A stretch of 63,674 nt of DNA, the filler included, from Rhabdomonas costata (lineage: Eukaryota): the NCBI GenBank assembly GCA_019059605.1. It is 42 parts of 42 records of this genome, joined end to end, with 100 filler letters (N's around TTAATTAATTAA, not from the genome) between each part and the next. Parts side by side here need not be neighbours in the genome. Positions count along the whole stretch, not along the records: positions 34,929 to 36,346 come from JAHMHO010016511.1; positions 36,447 to 37,864 come from JAHMHO010016512.1; positions 37,965 to 39,387 come from JAHMHO010016513.1; positions 39,488 to 40,905 come from JAHMHO010016514.1; positions 41,006 to 42,425 come from JAHMHO010016515.1; positions 42,526 to 43,943 come from JAHMHO010016516.1; positions 44,044 to 45,461 come from JAHMHO010016517.1; positions 45,562 to 46,979 come from JAHMHO010016518.1; 34 more parts are not named here. One strand, given 5' to 3'. The translations under genes were made by a program, and so were the position numbers. The notes beneath the pieces are model-generated. The model was not told the DNA's origin. It did no database searches and saw nothing but the letters and a program-made list of their open reading frames with translations. Below are positions 36,144 to 49,401 of the stretch, in pieces; position 1 is the stretch's first letter, and every line of letters starts with the position of its first letter.

Positions 36144-37964
36144 GCAGGACATCCTTTCGATTTTCTCCGATTTTATTCTTCCTTTTTGTAATTGTGATCA
36201 TCTTAAAGCAGCCCTTCGAGTCAAACTCACAGAAATCAGTTTTGCCAAAGGGCTCTTCCCACCAAATACCGGTCGGTTGGAAAACCCAAGATTTGGGCAT
36301 TCGCAAAAAGCTGTGTCGGGCGAGGTCGAAGAGACCCAACCAAACCNNNNNNNNNNNNNNNNNNNNNNNNNNNNNNNNNNNNNNNNNNNNTTAATTAATT
36401 AANNNNNNNNNNNNNNNNNNNNNNNNNNNNNNNNNNNNNNNNNNNNCTGTTTTCCGGGTTTCTGTCCCGGTATTTCAGCGTCCTGTGCAAGAGAGTATTC
36501 GATGAATCATTGGCTTAGGCTGGGGCTCTTGTGTGGTAGGGGGTCCTCTTCTCTCTGCTTTGAAATGTCATGACACACACCAACGTCACATGTTCGTGCG
36601 CTTCTGTGCTTTAAATTTTGATGCAGTGCTTCGATTTTTGGATTCTCTCGTGCTTGGGCATCTGCCTGGATTCTGACGCGGTGGTTGGTCCGTGCTGGTG
36701 CTTTTCAAAACCAAGTGCCCGAGATATTGGGTTTCTATGTGAATCGGTCCTCTTCGAGCGGTTCAAGGTTGTCGCAAGTTTGGGACGGTGGCACTGCTAA
36801 CAAGAGTTTCGCAACTTGGTTTGAGCGGACTGCCGTGAAGCGGCCGCCCTGAGCGTCGGAAAAGTTTTGAAGGTCCAGGAGATGGATTCGATGCGGCCCA
36901 AGATTCCACTTCAACGGACGTGCAAAGGGCATCGCCCTATCCCGCTCAGCGGGCTCAGGCAAAGGATGAGAAAACCTTCCTTAATTCTAGGGGTTTTGAT
37001 TTCTCACAGGACACAGCTATGAAGGTTTTTGATACGTTTATTTGGTTTGGGAAAATAGCAGAGTTTCAGTTTGTGTGGAGGCCTCCTTATACACCACTCC
37101 AATACTACTAACCTGCGAGTCCTCATTCGCAGTAAGTCCCCTCTCCTAAAACGTGTAATATATAAACGATTCCATATCCAGAGCGTGGGCAGCTTTGCCT
37201 CCGAGCTTCTCTGTTGTGCACGTTACTCACGCAGGATGCCCAATCACGACTTGCCGTGGAGCCCAGTCTCTCCCGCCCTCGCGAAGCCACCTCTATATGT
37301 GTGCAGGCCCCCGTCGGACTTCCGCAAACATCCTTCCTGGGTCAATGTTGACCTCACCCTACGTCGCTCGGCCTTTTTTCCTTTGCATTGGTTTTCTCCC
37401 ACAAAGGGGCCTCTCTTCGTTGATTCTCTTCTATTTCTATGTTCCTGGTACTCTTATTTGCCTGTGTGGGTTTGGTCGTGGTGGGTGGGTGGCTTCTTTG
37501 CCTGGCAGTCCGTCACGCCCTTCCTTCCGGTATCCAGCGGTGGAAAGGTCGCTCCGTGCGTTCTCTCGACCGGTCGTCTGTTTGCATTTGCAGCAATGCG
37601 ATTCGCCTCCCTCCTTCTTCAACTCCCGCTCCACCGCAGCGCGCTGGACAAAAGCTTGGCCTTATCCTCGCCTCGCAAATCCCTGCAATAGGCCTGCAAG
37701 TGGGGCTGCTGCTTTCCTCGGACAGCCCAACAGAAACCGCACCTGCCCTGGCGATCTGTGGCGCCGTCATGTTGGTGCACTTTGCCGTGCTTTTGGGATC
37801 GCTGTTCCGTCTTCGGGCTGTATGCTGCGTTGGGCTGTCCGAGGAAAGCAGCAGCCCCACCAACNNNNNNNNNNNNNNNNNNNNNNNNNNNNNNNNNNNN
37901 NNNNNNNNTTAATTAATTAANNNNNNNNNNNNNNNNNNNNNNNNNNNNNNNNNNNNNNNNNNNN

Positions 37965-38040
37965 GCGTGTGCGTGTGCGTGTGCGTGTGCGTGTGCGTGT
38001 GCGTGTGCGTGTGCGTGTGCGTGTGCGTGTGCGTGTGTGC
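37965..38040. repeat. (GCGTGT)n microsatellite
   Basis: Read directly; the same motif occurs at ~30760-30787. Confidence 0.95.
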
Positions 38041-39087
38041 GCTCGATAGGGTATGTATCGGAAATCAGTTTCAACCCCTCCTCCCCCGCCACTCTTGCGA
38101 AACCACAGCGGATACATCACAGAAAGAGCTCGGGTAGGGGTAGGAAGCACATTGAAATGCAAGGGTCATTGCCTTCCCAAAGGAATGAGCCGGTCCTGCG
38201 GACTGCTGTGCGTAAAAGGTCATCGTCCACAGGTTGTTGAAGGGTGAAGTCAGAGGCAGCATAAAACGAAAAATGCTGCTGCACAGATACCGCGGTGAAT
38301 TGGATGCACACAACACAAAAACAAACAGGGCGATGCAGATACCGGCCAGCCGCTGCAGACCAGGAGGCTATCCAGAACATGGCTGGTAGAGTCACATGGG
38401 CGGTCGCCCACCAGCGCGATAGCCTCGGCGTAGGCAAAGCCCGAGCCCTGGATGGTCAGAGGCAGGGCAGGCAGCACGGGGCACAAGGTCGCCGAGTAGC
38501 CTGACACACAACGCAAGAGGCACCCGGAAAGAGAAGCGGGAGCATAGGACGGGGTTTCGACCGTAATCAGCATTGGCCCCCTGAGAACCCCCTTTGGACG
38601 CGCACCAGGCATTAGGGGGTCACTGTTTGCTCCTGCCCCGAGAAAATCAAACGTGAAGCATGAGAGTCCAGAAGAGCAGGGGAGCTAAAGAAAAGGCAAT
38701 GCCCAGAGGTTTCATCACCTGAACGCGCAGGAACGCAAGGAAGAAGGGGAAGGGAGAGGGAAAGGGGTGTGGGAGAGGGAGAGAGAGAGATCAAACACAT
38801 GATAAATGTGCTTTTTGACAAATAGGATGATGCGGCGAAGTGTGTAGTCCTCTGTAGTCCTAGTGAAAGACCAACCCCCGCGCGAGTCTCCACTTCATAG
38901 CAATTCGCAGCATCGCCCCTAATAAACAGTAAAGTGACTTCAGCATTCCCACCCTCACAACAAGGTCGCCACACTCATCTTCAGTGATGAAAGCAATATC
39001 AAGTCTGCTGACCCGAATGGAGATATGCACCACCTTGATGTCATGGAGAGTGCGTCGGCAAATCCGAGGCACGTGAAAGCCCCCCCC

Positions 39088-39118
<31 letters not shown>

Positions 39119-39119
39119 C

Positions 39120-39387
39120 CACTGGAGATGCAGCCCCCTCCGTACACAGCACTGATGGCCGGCTGGGAAAGCGTTTTCGCGGCCAGCACTCCGACCCGTG
39201 ACACCACGGCCACGTCGAGCCCCGCCCAATGCACGGTGAAGTGGTAGCACAGGCTGAAGCTCGCGGGCGCAGTGCCCAGCACCACAGAGCCCACCACAGC
39301 GGTGATGTTAGGGGCGACCGAAAGGGAGGCCCCCTTCTTCTCCGCAGCCACCACGGCATCCCCGGGGGCGCCTGCCCAGCACGTGCT
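39120..39387 (-). CDS. Partial exon of an unknown beta-rich protein
   Basis: GC-rich open frame (..SFSLCYHFTVHWAGLDVAVV..) ending at G|GTGTGT. Confidence 0.45.
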
Positions 39388-41042
39388 NNNNNNNNNNNNN
39401 NNNNNNNNNNNNNNNNNNNNNNNNNNNNNNNTTAATTAATTAANNNNNNNNNNNNNNNNNNNNNNNNNNNNNNNNNNNNNNNNNNNNGTGTTGGGTGTGG
39501 TTGGGGGTTTTGGGTTTCTTTCTGCTCGCTCTTGTTCTCGCTTAAGTCTCCCGCTTGCTGTGCGCAGCTATCTCATCGCAGTCACGGCTGCTCTCCATCA
39601 CTACCACCGATGTGGTCCATTGGCTTGCTGTTCGCCCTACCTTTGTTTGCCCTTTCCCTCCCCCCTCTCCAATTACATCCATTGGTGATTTGGCTGTGCT
39701 TTGCTGTGTTTTCGGTTGTGGCAGGGGTGCGGGGTAGTCATTTGCGCGCATTGCGGAGAAGAGAATTCCGGAGCGAACGTAAGTGCGACGGTTGACGGCA
39801 TCGTCAGCCCTTTGTCAGCCGCATTGAAGTCAAGAAAGGTGTACTGGCAAGCCACAGAAAAGGTAAAAGGCGACCTTTGCGGCCTTTCACAGCCGGGTCG
39901 AAAAAGACGCGGGCAATTTCGGGGGAAATGTGGTAAAGGGCACGGCCACTGCAGAACCACAGATCACATTTGGGACTTGTTTTGCATAGACTTTAAGTTG
40001 GCTTGAAAGTTCTGGAAAAAAAATGTGACAGGCGATGCGGTGAACGAAAGGCTCGTTTATTGTTTTCCCTCCCTTTAGCATTTTCTGGTGTCTGAGTTAA
40101 TAAGCTACGGTTAGCCCTCTCGTGTGACTTCCCTTATCTGAGTCGTATGCGTGGAATTTGAAAGATGAAACACCTTCAACACCTTTTGGAGTATTCAGAC
40201 GGAAAGTCAGAAGCTCGAGCGCAACGTGATGGCTCCTCCTCCCTCTCCGCCTCAGCCTCCGTGAAAGAGAGAGAGTGGGGGGAGGGGTATCCGGGGGGGG
40301 GCAAGTGCCTTTGCTTTTTGTTTGCACAACGGTTTGCCGTAGAAGCCGCGGCTTGAGTCGGAAGGCCTCGGAGATACTCTTGCTCGTCAACATCTGCGCG
40401 AACAAGCAGGAGGCGGAGGTGTCCATTCCCTCCCCTCGTCACGGCGTCAGTATCCCTGCCCGTAGACGGGCAGTTACGGACCACGCTGACTCCAAAGCCT
40501 CCAAAGCACAGGTGGCCTTAAACATCGCTCCTTTTCTTTTGCTTAAGGTTGTCGGAAAGCTCACAGGTTTGTAGAGGCTCGGGAAACGTATGGTGTCGCA
40601 GTTGCAAAGTGGCCGTGCGCTGCGACCACGACAAGTGCACCCAGTTTCATCTAGAGTTAATGTCCCACAAGGCTTGCCCTCTGCTGACTAAGGCAGTCAA
40701 GCAGTTCCCGGGACCCCACACGGTTGATTCGAATGGTTTATGGGTGCAGTGCGAAACCCCTAGGTATGCAAACAACGCAAGGTGAAAATTTTCTTGGAAA
40801 CTTGGTCCCCTCCCCTAAAGAAACCTTCCAAATATGAGAGAAGCCTCGCGGAATATCATTTTTAGCTGAGCGGATTCGCTTATACTTCTACCCCTCCCCC
40901 ACCACNNNNNNNNNNNNNNNNNNNNNNNNNNNNNNNNNNNNNNNNNNNNTTAATTAATTAANNNNNNNNNNNNNNNNNNNNNNNNNNNNNNNNNNNNNNN
41001 NNNNNTTTTTTTGGTGTGTGCATGTGTGTGGTGGTTTATTGC

Positions 41043-42054
41043 CTTGGTCGGGTTGTGCGGTAGCCGCCAGGGAGCGCATCTCCCGCAGAAGGTTCTCCCT
41101 TGTGGGCCACAGCAGCTGCCCACTCACCGGCGGGGACACAAAACCCACCCTCTGCCCCAAGCAGTCCACCGTCACGGTGGGGCTGTAGGAGGAGGGGAAG
41201 GGCTCGTCGAGGAGGACGACGATGTCCTGCCACCCCTGAGCTCGAAGGAAGGCTGCCAGGCACCGCACTGCTTCGCTGGCGGGCCTTTGAACAAAGGAGG
41301 TGAGAGAGGGAAGCACTTCACTGTTGGGTTGCTACGATGCCGTTTTGTTTCAGTGATAACTTCCAAACACCCCCCACTGGCTCTTTGGTGAGTGGCGGGG
41401 GCTTTTGAAAAAACAAGTGCCAGAGAGAACGCATGGATGAGTGAAGGAAAAGAAATAGGGACAGAAACGAGCTTTTGATGAGGCACTTCACCGTTGGGTT
41501 GCCATGGTGCAGGTTTACCTCAGTGTTCTTTTGCTGGTCGCTCAAGCCCGAGTTTCCGTGGAAACCATGCATACAATGAAGATGGCCCCTTGCAAGCACC
41601 ACCCCCCTCTTATGAGTCTCATCAAAGAAACCTCATGTGCCCCGAAAGGGGAAGGGGCGTAGTTTTCTTTTCTTTTTTCTCATTGCCTTATTATTTTTTG
41701 TTAACTCAGACCTGCACATGGACTGCCTGGATAAGATTTGTCCTCGCACGCGCACCTGGCGCGGTAAGGAGGTGCCGTTTCTTCTGTTCTTCTAAAATCT
41801 TTCGAAATGAGGTGAAAGGAGAAAGGTCATTCACAGGGTCTCTCACCACGTCAATGCTACAACAATGCAAAGCCTCGCAGGCTGCCTGGCGCTGCACTGC
41901 GCGCAGGCAGACGACAACATGGGGAAACCCCGTTGGCTCTCGTCTGCCCCTCGCACACGCGATCACAAAAACACACCGCGTAGGGCCGTAGCCATAGTTG
42001 ATGCCCACCAGAAGGGCCCTCCCCATGCTGGCCACCGGGCTCACCACACTCACG
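41043..42054 (-). CDS. Divergent metacaspase (peptidase C14) N-terminal part, exons 42054-41977 and 41284-41043
   Basis: Phase-2 GT-AG splice gives GRALLVGINYGYGPTRPASEAVRCLAAFLRAQGWQDIVVLLDE..WPTRENLLREMRSLAATAQP. Confidence 0.8.
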
Positions 42055-42739
42055 CTGAGGCGAGATGAAAGGGAACAAGGAGAGAGAGAGAGAGAGCTGC
42101 CATTTATTGCCACTGCCATTTGAAATTTTTTGATCATACACTGTTGAGGCTGATGCAATCCACGAAGATCCCAATGGAACCCTGAAAGTGCTGTCTTCCG
42201 CAAGGGTTGTGCGGGGACACATACCGCTGCATTCAGGCTCGCCAATATGGGAACAACAACCACAATGTCATCACAACGGCAGCAGCAATCCGAGCCGCAG
42301 CACGGGCGACCACATTCGGACGCACTAAGCACGCACCTTCGGCTCGCAGTCAAGCACACATGGTCATCCCACAAAAAGTAGCCTGGAGCTTCCTGAATCC
42401 AGGAGCTTCCATTGCACACAACAACNNNNNNNNNNNNNNNNNNNNNNNNNNNNNNNNNNNNNNNNNNNNTTAATTAATTAANNNNNNNNNNNNNNNNNNN
42501 NNNNNNNNNNNNNNNNNNNNNNNNNGTGTTGGGTGTGTGTGGTGGGTATCGGAATGAGACGCACGGTGCACCAGAAGCACCGCAGGCAGACGTCAGGGCG
42601 GCCTAAGAAGATGTCCCTGAGATCCGCAGGAAGGCCCTGTAGGTCCACCACCAGCACGTCCCCCCGCATCGCCTCCACCATGGTGCAGCAGCTGGGATCC
42701 TCCTGGCGCCCACAGCAAAAGCAATTGACGGCAGCCCAT

Positions 42740-43060
42740 GATCACATCATATCGTCGACAAATGGGAGTGTGTCCCAGATGGTGATGAGGGCAGGGGCTC
42801 TGTCACCCGCTGAGCACAGGGCCACCATAAGTGGGTCAGTGGGGAACTTCACAGGAAACCTTGCTACCGCGCCAGAAAACCGTCCACCCACGGGATGATG
42901 CTCCTCTCTGATCGAAAGTCAGCCCAGAGATGGGTCTCCCAACTATCAACGCTGGCGAGGTGGAAGAGCACCATGTTGTTGTCTCAAGGGTCGAAGAAAG
43001 AGAAGACTCTGCCGCCCTTCGCTGTCTGCACTTTGTGGCAAGAAGCCTATTCAAAAAATA
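42740..43060 (-). mobile_element. Possible heavily decayed non-LTR RT relic
   Basis: Across frames: GFLP.., VLFHLASVDS, SPLT/PLMVAL, LPFVDDM; many disruptions. Confidence 0.3.
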
Positions 43061-44195
43061 TTCCCATCAGGATGGGGGCAGCGAGCAGCGACATCTAACG
43101 GTGACACCCCCAACGACCCCCCGACCGCATTTTCTGGGCAGCAAGCCTTTTTAAAAACCCTCCCGTGCAGTGTGCAGCCCCCTCGCAACGGGGAGCGCGC
43201 GGGGTGGAATTGGGGGCATACTGAAAACTGCTGTAAGCAGAGCTGGCAGAGCTGCACGTACGGGGATTGCTTGTCCGTGAGGTCAAAGAGACTGGGTGGG
43301 AAGTACAGTGCATACTGCGGGGACCCCACGACGGGGTCCATCGCAGGCAAATTTCGGCCAAAACAAATCAAACAACGGCGTCGCGGGAAATGGCAACGAC
43401 AAAAGGCGAGCGGTAGTAAGCCTTGGGAAGGTGTCGTGACGGCACACCAAGCAGTTTCAAACAAACACTCATCACTGTATAGGGTCTCGGGTCTGCTGTT
43501 ACACAGGCTGAAACATTTTCCAAGCAACTGGGCCCCAGCTTCCAGGGCTCGTTTGGGGCGTTTGGGGCAGACCCACACTTTCCCTGCCAACACCGATTTT
43601 CCAACACCGCGAGTAACAGGTGCACGAGACCAGTACGCAGGGAGCAAAACACGGTAACAGGGGCATGACACGGATGGGAATAAAATCCCCTCCTCAACGA
43701 AATAGTAACTCAGTCATCATCAATCACAATCGCCTCCTCGCGGCTGCCCATGCCATGACTGGGGCCAAACCCCTTGCCCATTCTCCACCCTCGTCGTGGA
43801 CCCGCTCTTCTCCAGCGTGCTTGCCTCCCCGCAACTGCTCCGGGGGGACAACGGCAGTGTGGCGGACTCGGTACTGTTTCGGCCCGACCACAGCTGGACG
43901 CTGCCCACAGAAAAGGAGCCCCCAGAGGGCGTGCCCCCAACAANNNNNNNNNNNNNNNNNNNNNNNNNNNNNNNNNNNNNNNNNNNNTTAATTAATTAAN
44001 NNNNNNNNNNNNNNNNNNNNNNNNNNNNNNNNNNNNNNNNNNNGTGGGGTGTGGACTTCCACTGGTTCAAACAGCCAAACCTGGAAGCCCACTCTGCAGA
44101 AGAATCCTGTGGAAGTCCGCTCCACTCCAATATCTGATTGCCAGGGATGAACTGCCGAAGACTTCAACGTGACTTTCGGACTGACCTTCACACAC

Positions 44196-45302
44196 CTTGC
44201 AGCTTCGCAATGAGCTCTCCGTGAGGCCCTGGATCACCTCCAGCGCCACCTCACACGCCCTCTGCTGGCCCTGCGACCGCACCTCCCGCGTGCCCCACAG
44301 CAGCGTGATCGAGTCCACGGTCACCGTGCCAATCGTAGCGCCGGCCTGCTTCGCCCGGGGCACCACAAGGTTCAGCAGAGCTGCGAGCGGATGGAAGGAG
44401 CCAGCGGGGGGGGGGGCGTAGCACACACGGAGGAACATGTTGTTCAACTTTGCATGTTGAAGATGAACCCATGTATGAACAAGGGTCGGGTTGAAAAATG
44501 CCAGCACTAAGATTGCCAACCATCCACTAGTGACGAAAAGTCGTGGAAACAAGCTCTCCCCAAGGCGGATGAAACTATCAGCGCCTAAGACTGTCAGGAG
44601 CGAGGCAGATAGGACAAGACAAGCTGTTAAACTGCACCGATGTTGGTTACCCCCGGACTTTGGGAAGGTGGAGTTGTGAGGCTTGGAGAGCAAAGACCCG
44701 TACCCGGGGGCGGCACAAACAAATGACACCGAACCAAATGAAACCGAAAACTGTGGACCCGGTGGTAAAAAAACGAAAGCGCCGAATCAAAAAGAGAACC
44801 CCGCGCAGGCACCTCGGTAGTGAGTGTCCAGGAAGTCTCCGCGGACGTCGCCGTGAGTGCCGAACTGCCCAAAGTCGAAGGTCAGGTGGAGGGCGGTAAC
44901 CCTGCGCCGGACCCAAGCTCCGCTCCCAGGCCCAGTGCTGCGGTGAGTGGAGGGCTGCTTCTCGGAAACCACGGACATCCGGGCGCCCCCGCCCTCGCCT
45001 GGATGCGCGGTGAGGTGCTGCCCACCTGAGGTGCTCGGCCCCCCCGCTGTGCGCGATGAGTTCTTTCCTGCAGGGCAGTTGATCAGAACTGAGTGGAGAA
45101 ATTAGGGAAGGAAAATGGGAAAGGAAGCAGAAGCATCGACACTCATCGACGTGTGCGACGGTTCGGGCTGCTGCTCCGACAAAACGAATGTTTTCAACAG
45201 GATGAGGAAATGGCACACCCGAGCTGCGGGAGCATGTCGAGCCCTGCTGGCTGAGCTTCCGGAGGTGCCCGTCACGGCCGGTGCAGGGACTTCGGGGGGA
45301 AT
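44196..45302 (-). CDS. Degenerate class III adenylate/guanylate cyclase-like domain, exons 45302-45219, 45025-44813, 44380-44196
   Basis: Phase-consistent splicing gives RRVTALHLTFDF..THYRALLNLVVPRAKQAGATIGTVTVDSITLLWG..QRACEVALEVIQGL. Confidence 0.7.
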
Positions 45303-45870
45303 CTTGCAACGGGGCGCAGGGAATAAGCTCGATCCCCGGAGTGCTTTGCAGAGATTCCTGGAAAAAAGACGTAGGTGCACTGGCCGCAAATACTCACTCC
45401 CTTCATAACAGTGCCTTCATACGCGCTTTGTAGCGAATAGGACTTCTGGGCCACAACCACCNNNNNNNNNNNNNNNNNNNNNNNNNNNNNNNNNNNNNNN
45501 NNNNNTTAATTAATTAANNNNNNNNNNNNNNNNNNNNNNNNNNNNNNNNNNNNNNNNNNNNTTGTTGTGTTGCTTGTTCGCTTTTGCGGCCAGTTCTTCC
45601 CACCTGCAATCCCAACTCTGTGGCCCCGCACGGATTTCACGCCGAATTTCACACACAGACACACAGAGTTGGGATTGCAGGTGGGAAGAACTGGCCGCAA
45701 AAGCGAACAAGCAGCATAACATCAATAGGTCTACAGCTAAAACAACGATACCTCTAAGTAACACACACACACACACACACACGAACACACAATCTCTTTT
45801 CTTATGTTTACTTTTCCAGTTCCGGTTGGCTTGCAGAATTTCCGTTTCTGCTTGTTTTCAAAAGCGATAC

Positions 45871-46070
45871 CGGTAGAGCAGCCCCTTGAACAGCGCCAAG
45901 CCGTACACCGCGAAGCCGTACCACGTCACCATCAGCAGCAGAGCGACGTAGCTCAGCACGGGCAGCGCGGCGCGGGCCGCGAATAGGGATAGCCATAGCC
46001 GGTGGCAGTGCGTCAGCAGCCGCACCGCCCGCAGCGCCTGCGCGAACCGCAGCTGGGGCACCCCAAGGCC
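45871..46070 (-). CDS. Voltage-gated Ca/Na-type ion channel exon (S4-S5)
   Basis: LRFAQALRAVRLL..ALPVLSYVALLLMVTWYGFAVYGLALFKG; CAG| and |GT bounded. Confidence 0.85.
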
Positions 46071-49000
46071 CTGTTTGTGGGGGTTCGTCCTGTGCTTACC
46101 ACACATTACCTCCCCTGCCCAGTGGCAACAGTCTCGCAGTAGAGCGTCAGGCGGAAGCAGATGCTATGGCCTGCGCACCACATTGCTCTGCTCGGCTCCA
46201 CTCAAAAAAGTAAAGGGCTCAATTCCATTAGCATACCCCCTAGCAAAACCGGAAATCTTCTATCTTACGGCCAACATTCTAGGAAAAAAAGCCCCATATC
46301 ACAGGAAAAACAACCAGAAACCACCTGGCCTTTTGTGTCCACCTCCCTTTTATCAGATCAGAAGGAGGTGGGCACACCTTTTAGAAAAGGGCAACAATTG
46401 TGAATGATTTATTTCATTTTGGTGATTTGCAGCTGGTTTCCCTTGTTTTACAGCTGGTTTTCTTTCTCTAACTTGGACAAGCCACGCTGAAACGCTGCGG
46501 CTTACTCGCAGGAAAAAGGGGATTTCAAACGAGCATGCATGCCCCCCCCCCTCCCTTCAACCACACGTACCCCAACATGGCTGTGTTCACACGACAATAT
46601 TAAAAATCGCTGAAAAACCAATTTCTTAACCCTGGGTGGTTCCAACCACAACTTTCAATGGACAAAAAGGCGAAATCTTTCCTGTGGACAAAAAGGCGAA
46701 ATCGCATATGTTCCCATAATTAGCAGTCCCCAATCCAAGCAGCCAGTTCCATCTGTGACCCTGACCTGCTCCCCGAATGTTGTGTTTTCCCCGATTGCAG
46801 GACAAGACCAAAGAAAAATCACCTGATCAACCGATATCACCTTATCAACCGATGTCATTACCCCCATCCCCCTCCAACCACCCTATCCGGAAAGGGGATG
46901 AAAATGACAAAAGAGAGTGGGAGAGATAGGAAGAGGAGAGGAGAGGGAGAGACAAACAAACCCCAACCACACCCAACACNNNNNNNNNNNNNNNNNNNNN
47001 NNNNNNNNNNNNNNNNNNNNNNNTTAATTAATTAANNNNNNNNNNNNNNNNNNNNNNNNNNNNNNNNNNNNNNNNNNNNGGGGTGTGGGGTTTTGAACAG
47101 CGCGATGCACCCACTGGCCTTCCCCCTGCACTCGGCCGCGGTGCAGGAGTACTTCGTTCGGAGGGCAGGCCAGGGCAGTGATGTGGGGGGCAACCCCTTC
47201 TCCAGCAACCTGTACATGTCATGGAGCAGCCCTGATAAGCTGTGAAACGTCAGACTGCTGTGGTCATTTTCGCCACAGGCGAGACTCGTGAAAGAGCCCG
47301 CTTGGGTTTTTTGGGCTGTATACGTACCCGCACCGGAGTTTGTGTCACAGTGACAGCTGCGTGTCGTTGCTTGATATGTCACTAGTGGTCGCATGCTCCC
47401 TGCTGCGCGAAAAGAAAGTTGTATCTGAATTACTTCCAACGCGCAGCCATCAATTATTCCAATGTCGAAGGCTAGCAAAAAAAAAGCGCGTGCATGCGAG
47501 TCGACACCGATGGAGAAATGGTTGCCGATGAATATACAGGTAACGAGAAGAGGACTTTCCGTTCTCTTTCGTTCGTGGGTGGATCTGCTGTCCTTGCTGT
47601 GCACATCCGGTCAACCATTGTATTTCGCAAATGGTTTCATGTGATTCCTCGTGTTTGTTGCATCATTTCTTGATCTGCAAGCATTTCTGCAGGTTGTGAA
47701 ATGTTACTGAGTTGTGTGCTTCTTTGTGTTTATTGCAATAAAAAAGTGGCAATTCTTTTTGGAATGAAGAACGTTTCCCGAATCATCGAGCGAGGCATCG
47801 TCCAAAGCATAAACCCGTGTGTTCTGAGGGCGGCTAGAAACGACACTCATTCGCTTGGTTCTGGTGGGCTTTCATTTTTTCCTGCTGGCTTTTTTGGTTG
47901 GACTGTCGTCTTTGCAGGCATCATCCTCGTGGAACGCAAGAAAGCTGGGGATAATTGAGAATTCCTTGGCGGCTGTGGTGATCTTCATGAATTTAGAATG
48001 TGTGAAGAGGCGTGATCGCATTCCCAGCTGTGGGGGTGAGGTTGACTTCCGGGCGGCAAGTGTGGGAGCGCTTCGTGGATCTTTTGACAAGAAATCTCAC
48101 AGCAGCAGCATGGCTTGCCCGCACAAACAGGGATCCCACCAATAGTTGAGTGCCACCACGAGGCAGGCGCGTTTTATGCCGTCATTGAGAACAAATAGCA
48201 AATGAACATAATGCAGGCGTCAGAAAAGGGCCCGATAAAACCCACTCTCCTCACAGCACACCGTGGAAAGAGAGAAGCCCGCAGACGCGGTACCTAAATC
48301 GCAAGAACAGCTCATCCCACGCCGCGCAGAGCACATGAAACGGGACTAGCGCAGGCATACGCACACACACAGAATACAACCGGGCTTAAAATTCGGAAGC
48401 GGAAACTAGCTTCACACGCTAAAGAGCAACAATTCGGCACCACAAAGGGGATTCCTTAAACACTGCACAAGGAAAACAAAAAAAAAACACCCACACCNNN
48501 NNNNNNNNNNNNNNNNNNNNNNNNNNNNNNNNNNNNNNNNNTTAATTAATTAANNNNNNNNNNNNNNNNNNNNNNNNNNNNNNNNNNNNNNNNNNNNTCA
48601 CATCCCCATCCCTGCGACCCCTCTTCCCCTTGGGTGACAAAATCCAGTCAGCTTTGGCCCCAAGGCCACTTTACTTGCACGTGTGTGGTTGCTTCGCTCT
48701 GGCCACATCCGAACGCTGTACGCAACAGCCCTCTGTCCAGGCGTCCGATTTGCAGACGGAGCCTCTAGCTGCACTCACTGGTGGCTCTGCTGCCTTCTCG
48801 TAAGAATGAGTTCTTCTCTCCCTTCGCACTTTCACGATAGCCTTCCTTTCTCCGTCTTTGACAGTTGTATTGTCCTTATAAATAAAAAAATAAGGATAAG
48901 GACAAAGCCTTTCGCCGTGAAATCAAAAAAATCGAATTTTGTTTTTGAATTTCTCTGAATTAATGGAATCTCCTTTGATTCCTTGAGTTTTGGTAAGAAA

Positions 49001-49115
49001 CAGTTCTGGGGAAGCGGGAGTTAACGTTAACCCCACCCCCTGTAGCCCTTCTCAACCCCCCTGAGGTTTATTTGCATGCAAATGCCAATTTCTGGTGCGT
49101 GCTCGCTCGTTTCAG

Positions 49116-49401
49116 GATCCCCACGCCGGACTACACCGTGGAGCCTGAGGCGGCCGCGAAGTTCTACGGTGCGATCCGCCGGTACTACCCCGGGCTGCCC
49201 GATGGGGCTCTGGTCCCGGCGTACGCCGGGATCCGCGCCAAGGTGGCCGGCCCGGAGCACACCGGCTTCAGCGACTTTGGGGTGCACTGTGTGGCGCCCG
49301 GGGTGGTGCACCTGCTGGGCATCGAGAGCCCTGGGCTCACCTCGTCTTTGGCTCTGGGGGAGCTGGTGCGGGACCTCATTCTTGGAGAGCGGCAGGTCTG
49401 A
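49116..49401 (+). CDS. L2HGDH: L-2-hydroxyglutarate dehydrogenase-like, terminal exon
   Basis: DYTV..FYGAIRRYYPGLPDGALVPAYAGIRAK..LLGIESPGLTSSLALG; TGA stop. Confidence 0.9.

Noticed and set aside
36920..37111. WRPPYTP as a Tc1/IS630 transposase motif
   Set aside because: The following NPIE and the upstream Asp motifs are absent.
37700..37860. Perfect 32-bp inverted repeat
   Set aside because: One arm is the contig terminus; third instance of the same artefact-like pattern.
45571..45713. Perfect 52-bp inverted repeat
   Set aside because: Same pattern at a contig start; probably a chimeric tip.
47080..47230. RGKASGCIALFK as a LINE endonuclease motif
   Set aside because: Single short motif at a contig edge with no supporting motifs.
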